Positions 55,750-59,795 of a stretch of 59,795 nucleotides of DNA are shown one piece after another. The stretch is taken from contig CAYMJA010000001.1 of assembly GCA_964391095.1 (NCBI GenBank), positions 1 through 59,795 on the forward strand, read 5' to 3'. Below the pieces are notes generated by a model that was not told where the DNA came from, ran no database searches, and saw only the letters and a program-made list of their open reading frames with translations. Origin of the DNA: an uncultured Candidatus Saccharibacteria bacterium. GTDB lineage: Bacteria; Patescibacteriota; Minisyncoccia; Minisyncoccales; GWA2-38-27. Numbering within the stretch: position 1 is the stretch's first letter; each line of letters opens with the position of its first letter. The translations under genes and the position numbers were made by a program.

Positions 55750-57027
55750 CTAAAATGTTTCATATTCTCGCATCTGCAACTGGGCGTTAATTTGTCGGAT
55801 TGTTTCCAAAACCACGCTAACCACAATAAGTAGAGCAGTTCCTCCTATTAAAAATCTAAAAACCATTACCCCGGTTATTCCCCCAACGATAGAAGGCATT
55901 ACGGCTATTATGGCTAAAAACAAAGCCCCAATACATAGAACCCGGTTCAAAATATGATGGATAAATTTAGCAGTTGACTCCCCTGGTCTAATTCCTGGAA
56001 CAAAACCACCCATTTTTTGAAGGTTCGTAGAAACCGCTTTTGGGTCAAAAGTAACAGCAGTGTAAAAATAAGTAAAAAGGATAACCAATAGGAAATATAA
56101 AATTCCGTAAATCCAGGGGTTTTGAAAAAAAGCAGCTATACTTATAGCGATATTTCCTACTGTTCCCCCTGTTCCGGCAAGAAAATTAGCAATCATTCCG
56201 GGAAAAAGCAAAATTGACATAGCAAAAATTATAGGAATTACTCCGGCAGGATTAATATTCAAAGGCAGATAAGTAGAAACCCCTCCATACATTTTCATTC
56301 CTCTAACTCTTTTAGCATAAGAAACCGGTATATTGCGCCTGCCTTCGGTAATTAAAACTACTCCGGTAATAATAATTAAAGCCATACCAACAAAAAGCAA
56401 ATAAGAAGGAATCTGAGCCGGGTCCCAAGTAAAAATTATCTGACGGATGTTGCTAGGGAAATCAGCAATAATGCCAGCAAAAATCAAAAGAGAAACCCCG
56501 TTGCCAATTCCTTTCTCTGTGATTAATTCTCCTAACCACATTAAAAAAAGAGTTCCAGCCGTAATAGTCAAAAGCGAACCCAGAAGAGCAAAAGGAGTCA
56601 GTGTAGAAATAATATTTTGATGTTGAAACAAAGTCAACATTCCATAACCTTGCAGTACAGCCAGGGGGATAGTTAATAATCTTCCATATTGATTAAATTT
56701 TTGTCGCCCGGCTTCCCCCTCTTCTTTATACATTTTCTCTAATTGGGGAAAAATCATCGTTAAAAGTTGAAGAATAATAACGGCAGTAATATAGGGACCA
56801 AGTCCTAACATTATAATGGAAAATCTATCTAATGCTCCGCCGGTGAAAACATTTAAGAGACCAAACATCTGAAATTGCTCAAAGAAGTTCTTTAAATTTT
56901 CAATATTCATTCCCGGCATAGGAATATTAGCCATTAATCTAAAAACAACAAAAATTCCTAAAACAAAAAGAATTTTTTTACGAAGATCGCGAATTTTGAA
57001 TACTTGAATGATTTTGTGATACCACAT
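55750..57027 (-). CDS. secY: Preprotein translocase subunit SecY
   Basis: Ten-TM SecY pattern (GIGNGVSLLIFAGI). The ATG at 57027 is preferred over the TTG inside the heptamer repeat at 57048. Confidence 0.95.
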   Translation of the reverse strand: MWYHKIIQVFKIRDLRKKILFVLGIFVVFRLMANIPMPGMNIENLKNFFEQFQMFGLLNVFTGGALDRFSIIMLGLGPYITAVIILQLLTMIFPQLEKMYKEEGEAGRQKFNQYGRLLTIPLAVLQGYGMLTLFQHQNIISTLTPFALLGSLLTITAGTLFLMWLGELITEKGIGNGVSLLIFAGIIADFPSNIRQIIFTWDPAQIPSYLLFVGMALIIITGVVLITEGRRNIPVSYAKRVRGMKMYGGVSTYLPLNINPAGVIPIIFAMSILLFPGMIANFLAGTGGTVGNIAISIAAFFQNPWIYGILYFLLVILFTYFYTAVTFDPKAVSTNLQKMGGFVPGIRPGESTAKFIHHILNRVLCIGALFLAIIAVMPSIVGGITGVMVFRFLIGGTALLIVVSVVLETIRQINAQLQMREYETF

Positions 57028-57033
57028 CGTGTT

Positions 57034-57112
57034 AGTATCAAGTATCAAGTATTAGGTATTAAGTATTTTTTTAAATTTAAATTATACTTAATACTTGACA
57101 CTAAATACTTAA
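57034..57112. repeat. Inverted heptamer arrays (AGTATNA)n / (ATACTTN)n in the rplO-secY spacer
   Basis: AGTATCA AGTATCA AGTATTA GGTATTA AGTAT - AT loop - ATACTTA ATACTTG ACACTAA ATACTTA. Confidence 0.9.
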
Positions 57113-57541
57113 TGCTATCTTTCCGCTGACTTTTTCTATTTTTTCTTTGGCAACTTTTGAAACATCACAATTCTGAATAGTTAGAGCTTTAGTTATTTCG
57201 CCTTTACCCAAAATTTTCACTTTAGGTATCTTACCTTTCATTTTACGGATTATTTTCTTTTCAAGCAAAATTTTCGGAGTAACCAGCTCTAAATTATTAA
57301 ATTTCTTATCTAAAACCTCGACATTAACAACTGCTAAATTTTTTTCTTTTGGCTTGAATCTATAGCCTCTTAATTTTGGATATCTTTTTATCAATCCTCG
57401 GATAATCGGAACCAACTTTCTGCCAGCCCGTGATTTCTGACCCTTAACCCCTCTCCCAGAATAAGTCCCTCGCTTTCCGCCACGACCAATTCGTTTCTTC
57501 TTCTTTAATTTATGTTTGGGACGTAATTGATGCAATTGCAT
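57101..57541 (-). CDS. rplO: 50S ribosomal protein L15
   Basis: MQLHQLRPK...RIGRGGKRGTYSGRGVKGQKSR. Confidence 0.93.
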   Translation of the reverse strand: MQLHQLRPKHKLKKKKRIGRGGKRGTYSGRGVKGQKSRAGRKLVPIIRGLIKRYPKLRGYRFKPKEKNLAVVNVEVLDKKFNNLELVTPKILLEKKIIRKMKGKIPKVKILGKGEITKALTIQNCDVSKVAKEKIEKVSGKIALSI

Positions 57542-57565
57542 AATTTTTGCTTCGCAAAACACTGA

Positions 57566-58060
57566 TTAATACGGATTTCGGCGCAGCTTTTCTAAAGCTC
57601 TGATAGTAACCTTAGCATTATTTAATTTATTCCTTGTTTTACCCAATACTTTTGAGGAAATATCTTTTATCCCGGCTAAGGTGCAAATAACTCGAACTAC
57701 CCCCCCTGCTACCAATCCTCTTCCTTTTCTTTGGGGTTTAAGTAAAATTTTAGCTGCTCCAAATTTTGCTTCCACTTGATGAGAAATTGTTCCATTGACA
57801 ATTGGTACCTCTATTAAATCCTTCTTTGCCTTCCGTGTTGCTTTTTCTACTGCTTGAGCAACATCCATTCCTTTGGCAACGCCTAATCCAACCTTTCCTT
57901 TTCTATTTCCAGTTACTACTACCGCCCGAAACCTAAAACGCCGACCCCCAGCGGTCATTCGTACAACTCTTGCCAGACCAAGTAACTTGGACTCAAACTC
58001 CTCCTTCTTTCTCTCAACCCTAAATCCTCTTTTTGTTATTTTGTTTTTTTGAATAACCAT
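57566..58060 (-). CDS. rpsE: 30S ribosomal protein S5
   Basis: VVRMTAGGRRFRFRAVVVTGN..GKVGLGVAK. Confidence 0.95.
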   Translation of the reverse strand: MVIQKNKITKRGFRVERKKEEFESKLLGLARVVRMTAGGRRFRFRAVVVTGNRKGKVGLGVAKGMDVAQAVEKATRKAKKDLIEVPIVNGTISHQVEAKFGAAKILLKPQRKGRGLVAGGVVRVICTLAGIKDISSKVLGKTRNKLNNAKVTIRALEKLRRNPY

Positions 58061-58062
58061 AT

Positions 58063-58440
58063 CTAAAACTCCAGTCCTCCTTCTCTCGCTCCTTCAGCCA
58101 CTGCTTTCACTCTGCCGTGATATTTATAACCCCCTCTATCAAATATTACTTTTTTAATCTTCTTTCCCTGAGCTTTCTCGGCAATTAACTTTCCTATCTC
58201 GTAAGCTCTTTTTACCTTACCAGTAAGCCCTTCAGTTCTTTTTTCTTTTAAAATTTTTACTTTTTTAAGTTCCTTTTCGTCAGCGGCAATTAAAGTTTGG
58301 GCTTTTTCGTCATCAATTAACTGGGCGTAAATATGCTTTGCCGACCTAAAAACACAGAGCCGAGGAACTTCAGCGGTTCCTTTTATTTTCACTCGAACCT
58401 TCTTATGACGTCTATATCTTTTTTGTTGTTTTACTAACAT
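58063..58440 (-). CDS. rplR: 50S ribosomal protein L18
   Basis: [19 protein letters not shown]...[23 protein letters not shown]. Confidence 0.95.
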   Translation of the reverse strand: MLVKQQKRYRRHKKVRVKIKGTAEVPRLCVFRSAKHIYAQLIDDEKAQTLIAADEKELKKVKILKEKRTEGLTGKVKRAYEIGKLIAEKAQGKKIKKVIFDRGGYKYHGRVKAVAEGAREGGLEF

Positions 58441-58443
58441 AAA

Positions 58444-58498
58444 TCAGCGAACAGCGAACAGTATCTAATTTATTTTGTTCATTGTTCATTGTTTATTG
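58444..58498 (-). repeat. Intercistronic repeat (copy B), homologous to 32822-32869
   Basis: TCAGCGAACAGCGAACAGTATCTAATTTATTTTGTTCATTGTTCATTGTTTATTG. Confidence 0.85.
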
Positions 58499-59044
58499 TT
58501 ATGTTGTTGCCGTCACCACTTTTTTGCCGGCTTTTCTTCGAACTCGCTCTCCCAAATATCTTATTCCCTTTCCCTTGTAGGGCTCTGGTGGACGAATCGA
58601 CCTTATTTTAGCAGCCACTTGACCAACTAATTCCTTATTAATTCCCGAGACGGTAATGATATTTTTCTCTATTAAAAAATTTATGCCCTCAGGCTTTTTT
58701 ATTTTAACAGGATGAGAAAATCCAATATGTAAAACTAAATTTTCTCCCTCTAAATTCGCCTTATAACCTACGCCTTGTATTTGCATTTTTTTTTCATATC
58801 CTTCAGTAATTCCTTTCACCATATTAAAAATAAGGGTCCTGGTTAATCCCCAAAAAGCTTCAGTTCGTTTAGTTTCTCTCTGAGGACTGATAAAAATCTT
58901 TCCTTCCCTTTCCTCAACCTTAATTTCGGGCCGAATCTTCTTTTGAAGTTCACCTTTAGGACCTTTAACAATTACTGTCTGGCCTTCAATTTTTACCTTT
59001 ACGCTTTCTGGTATTAAAATTGGTTTTTTGCCTACACGTGACAT
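58499..59044 (-). CDS. rplF: 50S ribosomal protein L6
   Basis: MSRVGKKPILIPESVKV...GVGYKA. Confidence 0.95.
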   Translation of the reverse strand: MSRVGKKPILIPESVKVKIEGQTVIVKGPKGELQKKIRPEIKVEEREGKIFISPQRETKRTEAFWGLTRTLIFNMVKGITEGYEKKMQIQGVGYKANLEGENLVLHIGFSHPVKIKKPEGINFLIEKNIITVSGINKELVGQVAAKIRSIRPPEPYKGKGIRYLGERVRRKAGKKVVTATT

Positions 59045-59059
59045 AGTTTTTTGAAGTGA

Positions 59060-59188
59060 GGGAATATGACTTTCGGGAGTACCGCAGGCAAGTTAGCTTG
59101 GTTATGCCGAAGGCGGATAACTTGCCGAGGAACTAAGCTCGTTTTGCCGCTGGAAGCAAAACGAGCGGCTCCCGAAAGTCATATTCCC
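59060..59188 (-). ncRNA. 129-nt GC-rich structured element with 20-bp perfect terminal inverted repeats (MITE-like or structured RNA)
   Basis: Terminal repeats GGGAATATGACTTTCGGGAG (59060-79) / CTCCCGAAAGTCATATTCCC (59169-88). Inner 9-bp stem GGCAAGTTA/TAACTTGCC and 11-bp stem GCTCGTTTTGC/GCAAAACGAGC. Confidence 0.6.
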
Positions 59189-59195
59189 GAACGAA

Positions 59196-59609
59196 TCACC
59201 ATATTTCACAAATAACCTCCCCGCCCAGTTTCTTTTTCCTGGCTTCTTTATCTGTCATTAGTCCTTTCGGCGTGGAAACTATTGTTGTTCCATAACCTCC
59301 CTGAACTCTTTTAATTTCTTTAGCCCGAGCATAAATTCTCTGCCCAGGTTTTGAAATTCTTTTTAAACCGGAAATAGCAGAACCCATTTGCTCTTTTCTG
59401 TCTTTGACAAAACTCTGGTATTTTAAGGTAATCTCAAGAATCTTTTTGGTTTTTCTTCCTTTTCTCTCGACTTTTTCAATAAATCCTTGTTTTTCTAAAA
59501 TCTTAGCAATTTCATATTTTAAATTAGAAAAAGGAATAGAAACCGTTGGATGTAAAACGGCCTGGGCATTACGTATTCTATTGAGCATATCTGTAATGGG
59601 ATCGGTCAT
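59196..59609 (-). CDS. rpsH: 30S ribosomal protein S8
   Basis: MTDPITDMLNRIRNA...GGEVICEIW. Confidence 0.95.
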   Translation of the reverse strand: MTDPITDMLNRIRNAQAVLHPTVSIPFSNLKYEIAKILEKQGFIEKVERKGRKTKKILEITLKYQSFVKDRKEQMGSAISGLKRISKPGQRIYARAKEIKRVQGGYGTTIVSTPKGLMTDKEARKKKLGGEVICEIW

Positions 59610-59613
59610 ATTT

Positions 59614-59686
59614 AGTATTAAGTATTAAGTATGAGGTATTAGATATGTTAAAAAAATTATACTTGATACTTGATACTTTTTACTTG
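59614..59686. repeat. Inverted heptamer arrays (AGTATTA)n / (ATACTTG)n filling the rpsN-rpsH spacer
   Basis: AGTATTA AGTATTA AGTATGA GGTATTA - AT loop - ATACTTG ATACTTG ATACTTT TTACTTG. Confidence 0.9.
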
Positions 59687-59795
59687 CTACCAGCTACTTT
59701 TTTTTACTCCGGGTATTTCGCCCTCGTTTGCTAATTCTCTAAAACAGATTCTACACAAGCCAAATTTTGTATATATTCCTCTCGACCTGCCGCAT
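59687..59795 (-). CDS. rpsN: 30S ribosomal protein S14 type Z, 3' part (5' end outside the window)
   Basis: Manual translation gives [35 protein letters not shown]. Confidence 0.88.
   Translation of the reverse strand, partial: CGRSRGIYTKFGLCRICFRELANEGEIPGVKKSSW

Noticed and set aside
57028-57048. N-terminal extensions from non-ATG starts in the ORF track (secY TTG 57048, rplO GTG 57562, rpsM 46513, rplM 43643, frr TTG 35995, miaB 15072, tmk 22649, 31389)
   Set aside because: The extensions run into upstream hairpins, repeats or neighbouring genes and are not matched by conserved N-termini. Internal ATG/GTG starts give canonical protein N-termini.

Overview
About 60 kb of a low-GC (roughly one-third GC), gene-dense bacterial chromosome. 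It looks like a Candidate Phyla Radiation / Patescibacteria (Parcubacteria-like) genome. Supporting features: S5 is followed directly by L15 with no L30 gene; there are lysine-rich tails on S16, L32, S9 and RpoA; AlaRS and ThrRS are trimmed; there are many CPR-style membrane or secreted hypothetical proteins. TGA is used as a stop (trmD, nusB), so the genetic code is standard code 11. From about 19 kb onward almost everything is on the minus strand. Content is mostly housekeeping: rpmG and tRNAs; rpsP-KH-trmD; rnc, nusB, rpmF; dnaE, thrS; an ECF sigma module; miaB and miaA; gatCAB; thyX-tmk-dCMP deaminase; rplK-nusG-secE; gyrB; pheST; two mreB paralogs; rseP, frr, holB, murA; and a long ribosomal cluster running rpsN-rpsH-rplF-rplR-rpsE-rplO-secY-adk-map ... 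infA-rpmJ-rpsM-rpsK-rpsD-rpoA-rplQ-rplM-rpsI. The unusual material falls into five groups. (1) Several families of short repeats and palindromes sit in-frame inside essential genes (miaA, gyrB, rpsD, tpiA, pheT, gatA, miaB, rpsP, rpoA) and also fill intercistronic spacers. (2) Three compositionally foreign (about 45-53% GC) islets carry unknown genes; one of them is bounded by a 27-nt duplication of the rpsI 3' end and lies next to an orphan Cas4-like nuclease. (3) A LAGLIDADG-like ORF is wedged exactly between two tRNA genes. (4) A tRNA-like gene with a CAU anticodon has degenerate D and T loops. (5) There are GC-rich structured RNA-like elements, including a 129-nt element with 20-bp terminal inverted repeats between rplF and rpsH. 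No rRNA, CRISPR array, transposase or integrase was seen.
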